Positions 22,161 to 35,717 of a DNA stretch of 64,000 nt are shown piece by piece. The DNA lies in assembly GCF_964194155.1 (NCBI RefSeq), contig NC_135907.1, positions 10,230,001-10,294,000 of the forward strand, written 5' to 3'. Within the stretch, counting starts at the first letter, position 1, and each line of letters opens with the position of its first letter. Made by a program: the position numbers and the translations under genes. The DNA comes from Cetorhinus maximus (lineage: Eukaryota). The notes beneath the pieces were generated by a model. It saw only the letters and a list, made by a program, of their open reading frames with translations. It searched no databases and had not been told where the DNA came from.

Positions 22161-22814
22161 CCATTTTTATGTTCTGATAGTTATTTGTGGAAATGTCGAA
22201 GCGTTCCATGATTCAGCTCAGTTAGTTGCTGTAGTATGCTTGGAGGGTTAAGGATTGAATGCGCTGCTGCTGTGTACTTTATGGAAACTTTGGAGAATAG
22301 CAGCTCATTGATGATGGGCCCAGACCGTGGGCAGGCAGTAGCAGAAACACAGAGGAAGCAAGGAGCAATTACTACCAGAATCTCAACAGCTGGTTCTGCA
22401 GAAAAGGTCAGAGATGAAAGTCTGGGCTTCGAATAATGGCGCTGTTTCTTTTTACTTGAGACAATGGTTTAGTCAGTGAAAAACTGAGTGGCACAGAGGA
22501 GATTTCTGTTTGCTCTGGGCCCCAGCCTATGACGCAAGAATTCTGCATGCTGATTCAGCCCAAGCTCATGTTCATGGACTCACTCTCAGTTTGATTGACC
22601 TGTGGATATTTATATGGCCCTACCCTTTGCATACACCACCCTCCACCTCCCCGTGGTCTCCCCCTCCACCTTTCTGACTTAATTGTTTTGTTCTGTGTGT
22701 CTCTGTATTTGTATCTTTCTAGATCGGTCTGTGTCCACCTATCTGTCTGCCTCAGTCTGTGTTTGCTTATCTCTCATCAGTCTGCGTGTCAGTATCAGTC
22801 AATATATTACAGTC

Positions 22815-24550
22815 TGTGACTCTATCCTATGATCCTGTGATACGATCATCATATTCTAGTCATTATAGTTTTCTCATTGTGTTCTGGTCATTATGCCATG
22901 GTCATCATGTCTTAGTCACCATGCCTCATGTTACAATCACCATAGAGACCGACAACTTTTAAAAACGTCCAAACTTCCAATTACTAACTGAAAGACGTGG
23001 CAAGATTTCACATTCGAAAACTTTTACTGTAACAAATGACAAAAAAAAGCACTATTGACTAAACACTATTTTCTTCTTGTAGGCAACGTATACCTTAAAC
23101 TACAGAAAGCAATGTGCCCCTTTTATACTTACCATACTCTCTGCGGAATTACAGTTCTGACAGCAAACAGTCCACAGTTGCTTCCAGCTTCTGATATGTT
23201 TCTGTATCCTCATTTCACTGAGTAGTGACTTTGAGTGACTATCTGCAGGCACTTACCTCAGAAACTTACAGAGAAGTTTCTTAAATCCACCACCAGCAGT
23301 AAGGCCTGCTCCAATGATTTTTCTTCCCCGAGGCCATGTCAGGACAAATGTACTGGAATCTGTAGAAGACTGCAGGATCTACCTCTTTGACTAGAGATCG
23401 TTTCCCTCCTGCATCCGGCTGTGGTAGCTTGCAAAGTCAAGCAGCCTTTTGCTGACCACATAAAATTGTTGCTGTCCGACTGTGATATTCATTGATTGTA
23501 GGGAAGCCTGTAACCTGATCTCAAAAATGGCTTCCTCTGCCCTCTTCCCCATGGCAATGTGAAACACATTAACCTTGTATCCAGGTAGAGCTGCTGATAC
23601 TCTTGACCCCAACTAAATAGACAGTTTACTGCACAACTGTTTACAACACAATACCTATAAAACCTTTCTGGGATTTTGGGAGACTTCGAGTCTACTCAAT
23701 TTTAACTCAGATATTGCTGCCATTATCTCCAAGCATAAATACTTTGCACCCTCTTCTTGGTTAAACAATCTAAGCCTTCTTTTGCTCTCTAACAATCAAA
23801 CCACCCAGGCTTACTGCCAGGCAGACTGAAGAACAGGTCACATGCCCCCCTTCATTTACAATAAATTTAATGCAACAGTCCCAAAATATAATAATCTTAT
23901 AAACTTCATAATTGTAACACGTGGTCTTCATGCCATGGCAATCGTCCCTTGGTTATCATGCTATGATCAACACGCCTTTATCACTGTGCACTGGTTATCA
24001 TATCATCGTTATTTTGCCTTGTTCACCATCCTATGTTCATCATGCTTTGGTCTTCATGCCTTTGTCATAGCACCTTGGTTGACATCCAAAGGTAATTGTG
24101 CTTTGCTATTATGCCTTGATCATCATGTCTTGATTGAAATCCCATGGTAATTTTGCCTTGGTTAGTATGCCTTGGTCAATGTGCCTCGGTCATCATGATT
24201 TGGTCTTCATGCAATTGCAATTTTGCTTTGTTCATCCTGCCATGCTCATCATGCCTCAGTCTTCATGCCTTTTCCATATTACCTTGGTGATCATGCCTTG
24301 CTCATTATGCCTTAGTTTTTACACCATTGTCATCATGCCTTGGTCAAAATCCCAGGGTAATCTTGCCTTGTCATTATGTTCCGATTGCCATGTCTTAGTC
24401 ATCATATTTTGGTCATTACACCTTTATTGTCTTGCCTTGGTCATCAAACATTGGTTATCAGGCTTTGGCCATTATGGCTTGGTGATCATGCCTTGATCTT
24501 CATTTGTCAGTCATTATACCTTGCCCATTATGTCCTGGTCATTATGCCAG
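22815..24550. repeat. Degenerate ~14-15-bp tandem repeat (CATGCCTTGGTCAT) split by a solo LTR
   Basis: TCATGCCTTGGT-like units at 22815-22928 and 23920-24550. Confidence 0.8.
22929..23919 (-). mobile_element. Probable solo LTR (~990 bp)
   Basis: Perfect 9-bp terminal inverted repeat TGTTACAAT...ATTGTAACA interrupting a tandem array; no clean TSD, and orientation is inferred. Confidence 0.7.
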
Positions 24551-25199
24551 GATGCTGGGGTAAATACCTGCATGAAAAATTAAAGATATTTAGGAGTTTA
24601 CAGGTTCTGTCCTTGACAAGAATAGTTCACAGAGAGATGTTTCTGCTCCCAGTTGCCTCAGTTCACCAAACAGCTGCCAGAACTTGGACAATATTGGCTG
24701 TATGACTGTGTATACTAAGGGAAAGAGTGACTGACCAGGATACCCAGCACATCCCCAAGGCATACAAAGTGTGTAGATGCTCCAGGCCTCCAAGAAATTG
24801 TTGCATGTAGCTGAATGAGATACCGGGTTCAGATCATTCAAACAACGTTGAGACCCTGCGGGGGTCTATGAGCCATTTACCAATGGCTGAAACTCCAGAA
24901 ATTTGGAGGCAGATACACATTGCTCAGACCAGGGGTGGGCAAACAATTCGGCTGGAACGCCACATCTGGATATGGAAATTTTATGAGGGTCTAGCCATAT
25001 ACACTCAAGAAATGAACATTTATAATAAAGATATATTTTGGTACAAATAAGCATAGAAACTTTATTATTATGATAAATGTATCATCATAATGATACGTTA
25101 CATCAAAACCAAACCTACTCTCTTTCTCAAGACCTCTTGGCTTAATGTGAACAGTACAGTTGGTCACCCCCTCTTTACAACAGCATCAAAGTCTAATGT

Positions 25200-25310
25200 C
25201 ACTCTTGTACCCTCTTCACACGAAGCTGCCTGATCTGCTGAGTATTTCCAGCATTTTCTGTTTTTAATTTCAGATTTCCAGTATCTGCAGTATTCTGTTT
25301 TTGTCTTGTC
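25200..25310 (+). mobile_element. Penelope-derived terminal remnant
   Basis: CTGCTGAGTATTTCCAGCATTTTCTGTTTTTAATTTCAGATTTCCAG. Confidence 0.75.
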
Positions 25311-25874
25311 AACATAAATGCTGCTTCGCTGTGATCTATAATATGGTGTTGCAAGAACCATCAAGGGAAAAGCAGAAAAGGAAAGATAAGAAAATGTGGA
25401 GACACAAAAAAGCATCTCAGAGGCAGTCACCACATTGTGTGGGGAATGCAGTGATCTGTATCCTCTCTCTACCTCTCATTGCTAGAGCTGGAATTTAATA
25501 ACCTCATGGCATGTTTTAAGAGAGATGCTACCACACCTGTTAGGGAACATTTTCCTAATTTTCAATTTTCTCAAAACACAACCCCCTAACCTAAAACCAC
25601 ACACTCTTCACTCTCTATTACATTTGTCATCCTTTTTCTAAAGATCTAAGCCTTAGCTGCACCTCTGGCAAGAACAGCTGAAGGTGCATTAGCAACTCTA
25701 ATTTTGGAAGTGCACAAACAACTAATCACTGAGATGTCCATCTCAAAATATTAATCCAAGATTGCTTGAGGAGACTTTCAGTCAAAAATATTTTCGCGTT
25801 GTGGGGAGCAGTTTATGCCTTCAATCCCTTGTCAAACAGCAGAATTGTAGATTAAGTTTTTGTAAGGTCTACAA

Positions 25875-26095
25875 ATCTACGACCCTCTGGTTCTTTTGCC
25901 AATTACCTTAAATCTGTGGCCTCTGGTTTCCGACCCTTCTGCCACCAGAAACAGTTTCTCTTTATTTACCTAAATCAATACCTTTCCTGATTTTGAACAC
26001 CTCTATTAAATCTACCCTTAACTTTCTCTGCTCTAAGGAGAACAACCCCAGCTTTTCTTATCTGCCACTTAACTGAGGTTCCTCACCCCGGTACA
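25875..26095 (-). mobile_element. CR1 family B fragment
   Basis: CTCTAAGGAGAACAACCCCAGCTT (LFSLEQR on minus). Confidence 0.75.
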
Positions 26096-26209
26096 ATATA
26101 AATGTGGCTATAGGAATTCATAATGTAAATGTAAAGTTATAATGTTAAAAACTTTCCAGGATGTACACAAAGATACAAGATTTTTAATTGATGATAGATA
26201 TGCAACCAT

Positions 26210-26340
26210 TCTAGTGGGTAAAGGCACTCTTCAGTGAATTACTATGCCAATGCAGACCTGAACGTCCCAGGTTCAAATCCTGGATTGCCAGGAGCCATAG
26301 CACCAGACCTCAACAAGAATCAACCCCTTCAGCGAGGGAA
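26210..26340 (+). mobile_element. Old tRNA-derived SINE head
   Basis: A-box-like CTAGTGGGTAAAGGC; B-box CCCAGGTTCAAATCCTGG. Confidence 0.5.
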
Positions 26341-26814
26341 TGGTAAAATGAGGAATCAAAACTACATTGGAGCGACTTGACTTTTCATAAAGAGTATTTA
26401 AACCTATGTGCAAAATAAGTTAAAGTCTTTAAATTGCAGTGTATATACTTAAAAAACTAAAAAGCAAGTCAAGACTGCAGTAATCTAATAAGTAATCTTG
26501 TAGGTACACTTACCTTGTACCTCTGTCACTGCTCCTCCACATTGCCTCTTCGGCCTCATGCACCTCCTGCAAAAAGCAGCTGATCATTGGACAACTCCAA
26601 CTTACCTTGATGTACTTCCCTTGGAATCTCCTGTGGCAGCCGTGGGCATTAGAAGCCCCCGTGGAGCCAAGTGTGGGTCTGGCCATTTACATATGGCTCA
26701 GACCCTGAAACTCTGGGACATCTACACAGTGTTCACACCAGGGGATCTGTTGTGTTTAGACAATGCTTGCACTTTGGAGGTGTGGGAGATCTATACATTG
26801 CTAAAACTCTAGTT

Positions 26815-27265
26815 GAAGGGATTGTCTTATGAGGAAAGGTTGAGAAGGTTAGGTGTATACTCACTGAAGTTTAGAAGAATGTGAGGCACTGTTATTGAAA
26901 CATGTATGATTCTAAGGGAACTTGACAGGGTAGATGCTGGTTGGGTGCTTCCCTCTGTGGGCGAGTCTAGAACTAAGGAATACAAGATTAAAAGTAAGGG
27001 GTCTGCCATTTAAGAAGGTGAGGAGGAATTTCTTCTCTTAGAGGGTCATTAATCTTTGGAATTCTCTTCCCCAGTGAGCAGTGAAGACTGAGTCATTGAA
27101 TATATTCAAGGCTGATTTTTGATCTTCAAGGGAGTCAAGGGTTCTGGGGGGCAGGCAGGAAAGTGGAGTTAAGGCCACAATCAGATAAGCCATGGTTTTA
27201 TTGAATGGTGGAGCAGGCTTGATGGGCCAAATGTCCTACACATGCTCCTTTTTCTTATGATATCA
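26815..27265 (+). mobile_element. CR1 family B 3' end
   Basis: LSYEERLRRLGVYSL...; GATGGGCCAAATG...TTCTTATG tail. Confidence 0.85.
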
Positions 27266-27342
27266 AGGGAGACATGGGTATTTACGGACTGTGGTGGTCA
27301 TTTGCCATACTGTTCAGGGTCTTTTGAGTCTGGGCCATTTAT

Positions 27343-28020
27343 ATACAACATCATCTTGTATTTATATAGTGCCATTAATATAATAAAATGACCCGAGGCA
27401 CTTCATAAGAGCGTGGTGAAGCAAAATTGGATGCCGAGTCAAGTAAAGCAATGTTAGGGCAGATGGCCAACAGGTTTGTCAAAGACGTGCGTTTAAGGAA
27501 TGTCTTAAAGAAGGAAAGAAAGGTAGAGAGTTTGAGAGGTTTAGGGAGAGAAGGAACCACCGGTGTTGGAGCGATTAAAATTAGAGATTCTCAAGAGGCT
27601 AGAATTAGATGAGTATAAGTATCTTGGAGAGTTGTGGAGTTGGAGAAAATTACAGAGGTAGGGAAGGGTGAGGCCATGGAGGGATTTGAAAACAACAGTG
27701 AGAAATTTAAAATCAAGACATTGCTTGACCAGCTGTCAATGTAGGTCAGCGAGCACAGGGATGATGGGTGAAAGAATCTTGGTGCAAGTAAGGACATGGG
27801 CAGGACAATTATGGATGACCTCAAGTTCTTGGAGGGTAGAAGGTGGGAGGCCAGCGGGAGTGCATTAGAATAGTCAGAACTGGAAGATACAAATACAGGG
27901 CTGAGAGTTTCAGCAACAGATGAATTGAGGCAGGTATGGAGTTCTAAGTGATGGCACAGATATGTGGTCAGAATCTCATATCAGAGACAACAGCCAGGGT
28001 GAGAGAGAGTAATAGTTCGA
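27343..28020 (-). mobile_element. L2 LINE 3' part
   Basis: ACAAC...TTGTATTTATATAGTGCC tail; GAGGCCATGGAGGGATTTGAAAACAA. Confidence 0.8.
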
Positions 28021-28114
28021 CTGGGGGGCTAAGGCATCAAAGGTGGAGGTCAGGGTGCGGTTGAGTAAATTAGTAGCTGCAGATATGTTGTGGGGAACAA
28101 AGGATAGACTGTTG

Positions 28115-29062
28115 GCATTTAAAATAAAAGCAGAAAATTCTGGAAACAGCAGGTCAGGCAGTATCTGTGAGAGAGAAAAATAGTTAACCTTTCAGGATGG
28201 TCACAGACCTGATACGTTAGGAGGTATTTTATGCCCTCCATCATGGCAACTTGGAGGCAGGGAGGGCATTTAATCATGCAAGATATTGGCAGGATGAGAC
28301 ATAACCACCTTCCCGCCACCCTGATTAAATTTGTGGTGGGTAGGCAAATGGACAGCCTTTTTCCCCATTGCCAATTGAGGCCCTTAAGTGGGCAATTGAT
28401 GCCCACTTAAGGACCTCATCCTGCCACTGTGGTATTAATACGGCAGTGGGCAAGCCTGTCATACCACGCAGATAGCATGACAAGCAAACCTGTGCAGGAT
28501 GCTTGGGAGCTCCCGGTGGGGGTTTGGGGGTTCAAAGGTACTCTGCCTGATCTAGGGACCCGGCGTCAGCAAGTGGGGGAGCCCACTGAGAGCCAACCCC
28601 TGCCCTTGCCTCTGATTACCCCCACCCCACACTCCTCTCCCCGTGAACCCCAACCTGCAAAACCTTTCCTGCCATCACTTACCTCTGGCCTGGGTCATTC
28701 TGTGATCCTGGGCCTCTGGTGGGTGTATTTCCCACATCAGCCACTGCTGCTGAGAAAAAGAGCTGTTGGCCTGAGATTGACCGCCAGCTCTTGGAGGGTG
28801 AGGCTTCTTGCCCCCAAGGTCCTGATCCTATGGAAGGCCCACATGCTCTATGAAATGCCTGATTGCATTTTTGCAGACCCTCCCCAAAGGAGGCAAAACA
28901 GGTCTCCAGTCAGTGGCCGAGACCCCCATCGCCTCCATTAAATTACCCCCATTAATTCTGTTTCTCCCTCCCAAGATGCAACCTGACCCACTGAGTATTT
29001 CCAGCAGATTTATTTATTTTATTTCAGCTTTCCAACATCTGCAGTGTTTTGCTATTGCATTT
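28115..29062. mobile_element. Inverted Penelope-derived terminal pair split by a Harbinger MITE
   Basis: AAAAGCAGAAAATTCTGGAAA arm and opposite arm CACAGACCTGATACGTTA...ATTCTGTTTCTC...TTTCCAGCAG. Confidence 0.65.
28220..28950. mobile_element. Harbinger-type MITE (~730 bp)
   Basis: Ends GGAGGTATTTTATG / CATTAAATTACCCCC; approximate TTA TSD; host sequence resumes after it. Confidence 0.7.
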
Positions 29063-29407
29063 TGAGATTTTGCAGTTGTAAGTGATTTGGGTGGTAGTTT
29101 TATCCAGAGGCGGATACAAAGGATTAGGATGCTCCTCAGACCCTGGAGAACTGGGGCATTTTCGCACTGCTCAGACACTGGTAGTCTAGGGCATTTACAT
29201 GCTGATTAAATGCTGGGGGTGTATGGTACACTGTCCACATGCTATACAGAACAGGGCTTGTCTTTCTCTAATGATGAATATCCAATACCTGGGATATTTC
29301 CCTCATTATTTCCAACTTCCTCACAACTGACATGAAGATCCTGTTTGCTTCACATGAAGCTACGTTCATAAGGGACCTTTCAAATCCCGTAGATACTCTA
29401 TTATCAG

Positions 29408-29635
29408 CATATTTGGATTATTCACTCAGTTCTATTGTGCCTGTGAATCATTTTATCAGTTATACCATGCCTATGGGTCATTCCCCAACCGCTCTCCCTC
29501 CAACCTCCCTCTCCCCACTTGCCCTATCAAAATTTCCATATTTGGATTATTCGCTCAGTTCTATTGTGCCTGTGAGTCATTTTATCAGTTATACCATGCC
29601 TATGGGTCATTCCCCAACCACTCTCCTCCAACCAC
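29408..29635. repeat. Direct duplication of ~97 bp (period 129)
   Basis: CATATTTGGATTATTC...GGGTCATTCCCCAACC starting at 29408 and 29537. Confidence 0.9.
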
Positions 29636-30989
29636 CCCCTCTCTGACCTTCTCCTCCCCAAATTCCATCCCATCCTGACCCCAGGACAGAACCAACCCTA
29701 GTCCATGTTCCATCGATCCTTTCTGGACAACCTGTTGCCCCACTGATTAACCAGACTGAACTATGGTAATCATAACTAAAGACTGTCAACTCTCCAACAC
29801 ATCCAACATATCCACCACCTTCTATTCATCCTTATGTGTTCTCGTACAGTGAGGTGAACTGCATAGGATATCCATCATTTCCATCTAAATTCATTATCAA
29901 GATGTCTTGTTACATGATATTGCAGAAAACAGCCTGTTGTGAAGACACAGTTTGATTTCCCACTGTTTCGATCTGTAAAATGTAACCAAAACCCCCTTCT
30001 GTCAGTCCCACTGCAGGATTCGTCAGGCCTGTTGATAATCAGTGATATTGCGCAGTCCCAATGGTAGGACCTAGGAGCCGGATTTATCATCAGCAAACTG
30101 CTTAAGATTACTGGAGATCTGACCCTAAGCTCACTGGGATGGTGAGTGACTGTGGTCTGCAGTAGCGTCGTTTTGTAGCTATCCATGGTAGCTTGAACAT
30201 TGAGTCAGGCCACAGCCCAGGTACTTGCTTAGAAAGATTAAAGAATCCAGAGTATTCCTGCCTTATACCAAAAAGTCTGTGATTTAGTGATTACCATAAT
30301 TTCAAACTCATGAGTGATGCTTGATTTGGCTGTGAGTACACCTTTAATGGGGTAGCTCATTGTTTCTACATCTTATCTCAATTTTCTAACATGTCCAACT
30401 TCCCCCATTCCAATCCACCCCTTCTCGGCATTTCCTTTCCCCAAACTTCCCCTCCCAACCCACTCCTTCGCTGACTTGCTCCATCCTAACCATCACCCTC
30501 CCTGATCTGCACCATCTCTGACCTACTTATTCTGAACAATAGCTTCTGACTGGTAGTCTCTGTGATCTGAATTCTTTTATATGTATTGCCTGACCCCTGC
30601 AAGTCGCCATCATGCTTAACTGAAGTTATGTGGAAGATAGCTTGAGGCAGTGGGTAGTTTGTAAAAACATTTAGATCAAGGCTGCATCTGTAGAAGGAAA
30701 TGGAAGTGACTAATTTAGAGGAAGGAATTAGAAGTTAAATATATGGATGGGATGGGATCAGGTTGTAACTGTGCAGCAACAGAACCGAGAGGGAAATCAG
30801 TGAGAGGAGGAAAACAAATGACAACATGATCATTAAATAGTAGGGAAAATGAAGAGAGAGTAGAGTACAGAGAAGAGCAACACCCAGGAATGTAACCAAA
30901 CCAAGATACTGGAGCATGTTTAGGATTTTATGGTTCACTATGATCCACCAGATTGATGAATGCAGAATTTGAATCCCGTGATGTATTAG

Positions 30990-31400
30990 ATACCAGTGTG
31001 ACGTATGGGATATTGGTGTGACTTTTTTTAAAAATTCATTCACAGGATGTGGGCTTCGCTGGCTGGGCGAGCATTTATTGCCCATCCCTTATTGCCCTTG
31101 AGAAGGTGGTGGTGAGCTGCCTTCTTGAACTGCTACATATGAGATGTTGGTGTGGCGTGTGGGATACTGGTGTGACGTGTGGGATATTGGTGTGATATAT
31201 GCAATTTTAGTATAATGTGTGAGATATTGGTGTGCTATATGAGATTTAATATAATGTATGGGATATTGGTGTGCTATATGAGATTTAATATAATGTATGG
31301 GATATTGGTGTGCTATATGAGATTTAATACAATGTATGGGATATTGGTGTGCTATATGAGATTTAATATAATGTATGGGATATTGGTGTGATGTAAGGGA
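30990..31400. repeat. 39-bp minisatellite (GGGATATTGGTGTGCTATATGAGATTTAATATAATGTAT) with a family A tail inserted at ~31025-31135
   Basis: 4-5 near-identical units at 31220-31390. Confidence 0.9.
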
Positions 31401-31444
31401 TATTGAGGTAGGACAGCTTTATTTCAAATTATATATAATGTATA

Positions 31445-31734
31445 GTACAGAATAGGCTATTTGGCGCACCTGGTCTGTACAAGTGTTTATGCTCTACAGG
31501 GAACTCCACCCACCTCCTTTATCTAACCCAATCTGCATATCCTTCAATTTCTTTCTCCCTCATGTGCCTATCTATGTTCCTCTTGAATGCATCTATGTTA
31601 TTTGCCTTAACAACTACATGTAGTAGTAAGATCCATATTCTAAATGCTCTCTTGATATCTAAGGTGTTCCTGAATCCCCTATTGGATTTATTGGTAGCTA
31701 TCCTATATTCATAACATCAGGTTTTGGACTCCCA
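31445..31734 (-). mobile_element. Old CR1 3' fragment
   Basis: ACAGAATAGGCTATTTGG...TCTTGAATGCATC. Confidence 0.6.
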
Positions 31735-32100
31735 GGGCTGGATTTTCTGGTCCCACCAGTGGCAGGCGTCATGGTGGGCTAGATGGGAAAATTTGGCGGT
31801 TGTTCAAAAATCAATTTCCCACCAGCATAAAAATAGATCACGATTGTCCTCTCTCGACTTTGGTGGTGGGTTGGGTAGGCCACTTTGCCATGACAGGAAC
31901 TGTATTTGCATGCATTGAAATATCATGAATACTCATTAAAAAGCCAGCTCGCCAGAATCACGCCCCCAATCCAGATCATTAGCCGGTGGCTAATAAGACC
32001 AGCGTGATTCACGCCTGGATATAAGTGATGTGTACCTGGCGACCTGCACTTCACTTTGAGGAATGGTCACCTACCTTTCTATGCACTGTGCTCATGGATG
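31735..32100. mobile_element. Harbinger terminal arm
   Basis: GGGCTGGATTTT TIR; subterminal sequence similar to 45730-45990 and 61965-62300. Confidence 0.65.
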
Positions 32101-33849
32101 CTCTGACTCCTTGCCAGGGTGTGCAAGCCAAGACCAGCAGGAGCTCAAGAAGGGTTCAGAGCCAGGACTCTCCAATCTAGAGCAGCAGTAAGGCAGTGGT
32201 TGGTGGAGGAGGGGAAGGGGATGGAGTGCAAAGGCTTGACCTAGGGGTTGGGTGTGTGTGTGTGAGACAAGACAGAGGCAAGGGAAGGGGCTGGAGGGCA
32301 AAGGCTTGACTGGGTGAGGTGTGAGACAAGACAGAGGCAAAGGCTTGACTGTTGACTGGGTGGGGGTGAAGACTGCACACAGAGACATGACTGCGGGTGG
32401 AAATTATTTGGATCCCAAAAGCATTAACAGTCCTGGTCAAGAACACAAGAAGTACTAGAGGTACTGGAGCCAGAACGCATAGACAGTCCTGTGGCTCTGC
32501 GCCACAATTTAAAGGACTGTGCCTGGAATGACTGTCCTTGTCCCAGTCCAGGGAGGGGGAGGGCCTGTCAGTCCTGTGTCAGTCATACTCAGCATGGTGT
32601 GTGCACATTGGTCCTGGGGTTTTTGGCTTCATACTGGGCTGCAGATGGCATAGTCACAGCCAGGGGAGGCATCAGCAGTCTGTAGATGAGAAAGAGGTAA
32701 GGTAGGGGTGGGCACTTGATGGTCTCTGGGGGTGGGGAGACATGTCTCTGTAGGTCACAGTGCAATTGGCCTCAACATGGGGAGGGGTCAATCTACACGG
32801 GGCATCGGGCCAACAACATCAAAGGATTTGGGGGATAGGACAGGGATATCCACGCCTAGGACTATGAGATCAAGGACTAGAAGGGGAGGAAGGAGAGTGC
32901 TTGGAGGGAGGGAAACCTGAAAATAATGTTCCTCCAGTATCCCTTCATGGGAGGGATTTCTGCAGTCACTGGGGAGGATCAAGGCTGGTCTGGTAGTAGA
33001 ACCTCAGCATCACCATTTTCCAAGCTGAATCAATGACGCAGTTGAAAAAGAAAGTATGAGAAAGTTTGCCAGGGGAGGGCTTTCAGGGCTTGTGAGAGGA
33101 GTCGGCCACTGCACTTGTGTGCGGTTTGAAAGGGCACCCTTCTAATTTCTGATTTTCCTAATGGAGTGGGAGGCACAACTGAGTCATGTTAGGAGCAGTC
33201 AGATGCCAATCTGGGGAATTTGGCACCTTAACTCTCAAAGTGCATTCATGCTAGAGTATAATTCCAATTGGGGCCATTGTACGAGTGCCTTGCAAAGACC
33301 CTTTGACCCATTCGTGGGAAATCCTGAGAATCAGAAGGAACCAACAGGAAAGGGGCCAAGGGCCAAAATGTAGATACCTAGTGGCCATAAGACCTTTAAA
33401 CCTGCTCCAAACAAACTCTCATTCCATCACTGCAGGTAGGGGCTGCTGTGTAAACCTAAAGATACAGCCTGAGAGTGCCCTGCCTGAGGCTTCTAGCACC
33501 TGGCAGAACTCTTTCAGATCTAAGCCCCTGTGTCAAAGCACTGTTGTTGGAGTTTCCTTTGCTGGGGAGGAGAATGGGGGAGCTGTGATAACACTGCAAA
33601 GGGACTAAGTAGGGATGTAATGGCTGGGATGAAAGTAACCCATTGGCTCCACAGTCACTCCCTAGTAAGCAACAGGAAAATGACCTTTGGAGACTTATGC
33701 TCAATTATGCTCCTGTTCAACATTCCTGCAGAGATGAGCACGAGGGAACCATGGATAGAGCAGCCAACATTGGGTTTATCCTGGCAATCAGGCAATTAAA
33801 AAGGAGGAGAAAAAGGGCCTGAGCCACCAGGCTGGGTAAAGGGGAGAGC

Positions 33850-34283
33850 CTCACCCTTTTTATCCCCCCTTTTTATCCCATTTTCCACCCCACCGCCCCA
33901 CCAAAAGGGCCATCTGTTACTTGTTCCATGTTGTCCTTTCACAGAGTGCTTACCCTTGTTCTGCTATTATCACATTCTGCTTTCTTACCTTTATGCCACT
34001 ACCAGCACCTTTTTTAGCCCTTACCACTACCATTAACACTCCCTTTGTCCTTTTGTTCATGACATCTTTGTCAATCTCTCCTTTGCCTCCACCTATCACT
34101 GGCCTTCTATCCAGCTTCATCTGCTCCACCCCCCCCACTAAACAGTATAAATTTCATCACGTTTCTACTTCTCTTTAGCTCTGAAGAAGGGTCATACGGA
34201 TTCAAAACCTTAACTCTGTTTCTCCCTGCACAGATGCTGTCAGACCTGCTGAGTTTTTCCAGCATTTTCTGTTTTTGTTTCAT
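33850..34283 (+). mobile_element. Penelope-derived pseudo-LTR with a decayed hammerhead (34177-34215)
   Basis: Close match to 46540-46921; CTGAAGAAGGGTCATACGGATTCAAAACCTTAACT. Confidence 0.85.
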
Positions 34284-35717
34284 TAGAGAGCAGGCGGATG
34301 CACTCCTCTGACTCGCGTGCCACTTCCAACAGCTCTGCGTGATGTTCCCCTGCTTTCTGCTGACTCTCCACGATGTGTCGGAAGGCCAAATCCAAAGGCT
34401 CGTCATCTGACTCGGACCTCGCAGATTCTTCTGCCCCAGCAGTCCTCCGAGTGCCGGGGAGCTCGGCTGAATCTGCCTCCTCCTGCTGCGGACACGTGTC
34501 CGTGCGGTGACTACCAGATTGTGCACCCGAGCCTGCTCTAGATCTAGGTCCCACTGAGGTGTGTGTGTCTGCGCTGGTGGAAGCTGTGGGTAAGCGCTGT
34601 GATGGGTCTTCCCAGCTCTCCAATGGAGGTGAGGACCTGGACGGAGCTGAGGGACTGGCTGGCTGAAGGCATCGGTCGCTTGGAAGACTCCCTGTGAACC
34701 AAAGTAGAGATAATTAGTGCATGGCAGCAGAGTCAAAACTAGAAGGGAGAGCACTCACAAAGTTGCATTGAGAGAGGGATGATGTGGTGCAGGATCCTCA
34801 CATGGGTATTTGCCGCCGACTTCACTGTCACCGCAGGCACGATCCACGTCCTCACCAGTCAGCGCGATGGCACGCTCCTCAAAGTGAGCGAGGGGCCTAA
34901 TGTGGGTCACTCCACCCCTGGTCTAGGACCTCTCCCTGCTGTTGTGAGCCAGCTTCTCCTGCATGAAAATAGATGGAGACAGTGTGAGCAGGACACATGG
35001 CACTGAGTGGAATGTTTGTGTGGTGAGCGGAGCCATGGACGGGATGAGGATGTGAGCTCCAGAGGATATGAGCCTGAGGGAGCTGTGAGGGTGTGTGTGA
35101 GAGTTAGTGGTGTTGTCCCTTGAGATGTGAGATCCCTGTGGAGGTGTGATGAGTTTATGAGTGTGTGAGTTGAGAGTGGTGAGGTGGTTGACTTACCCTG
35201 GCGGAACGGATGACAGCGCTCATCCTCTTCCTGTACTAGATGGCTGACCTTCTCTGTGCTCCGGTGACACTGACCACCGCTGCCATTGCCTCCCAGGCTG
35301 GATTGGTACTCTGGTGGACCTCCTGCAGCCAGAGCAGGGGTAGAGTGCAGCCTCTGAAATTCGTGGCAGCCTTCCACTGCATCCAGCAGGCGCCCTAGAG
35401 AGGCGTCACTAAATTTGGGGGCTGCCATCTTCTTTACTTTCTGGGCCATCTGTCGCCTGGAGCAGTGCTGGTCTGAAGACATGAAGTAGGCTGAGCTCTG
35501 GTGCGCTTTAAATATGGTGCCTGGAGCGAGGAAGCGCTGAGGTCATGGTGTGGCAGATAAATCCAAGCTTGTCCACCAGTGATCCGAAGTGTTTCCCGTG
35601 AATGCATTATTAATGAGGCAGGATGCGCCAGGAGTGGGATGATATGGCACAAAAACCCGCCATTGCAGGTTTCATGCTCGCTACTGCACTGAGTGCAAAT
35701 TTGGGACGATTCCACCC
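34284..35717 (-). mobile_element. Harbinger element (5' half) with a spliced Myb/SANT gene
   Basis: TIR GGGTGGAATCGTCCC on minus from 35717, flank AAT; TATTTAAA at 35514-35507; ATG at 35449 (MAQKVKKMAAPKFSDASLGRLLDAVE); exons ~35449-35197, 34958-34802 (EKLAHNSRERS), 34691 downward. Confidence 0.88.

Noticed and set aside
23257-23612. Apparent minus-strand coding exon
   Set aside because: It lies inside the probable solo LTR and contains stops
24600-24880. Kinase-like words on minus (SYMQQFLGGLEHLH, HTANIVQVL)
   Set aside because: Wrong subdomain order, in-frame stops, and no HRD/DFG motif; most likely chance
29925-30145. Plus-strand exon candidate ending GATG|GTGAGT
   Set aside because: The frames I tested from the available acceptors are closed by stops
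31220-31390. 39-bp repeats (and the 29-bp and 49-bp arrays) as CRISPR-like arrays
   Set aside because: Head-to-tail units with no unique spacers, no cas genes, and a eukaryotic context
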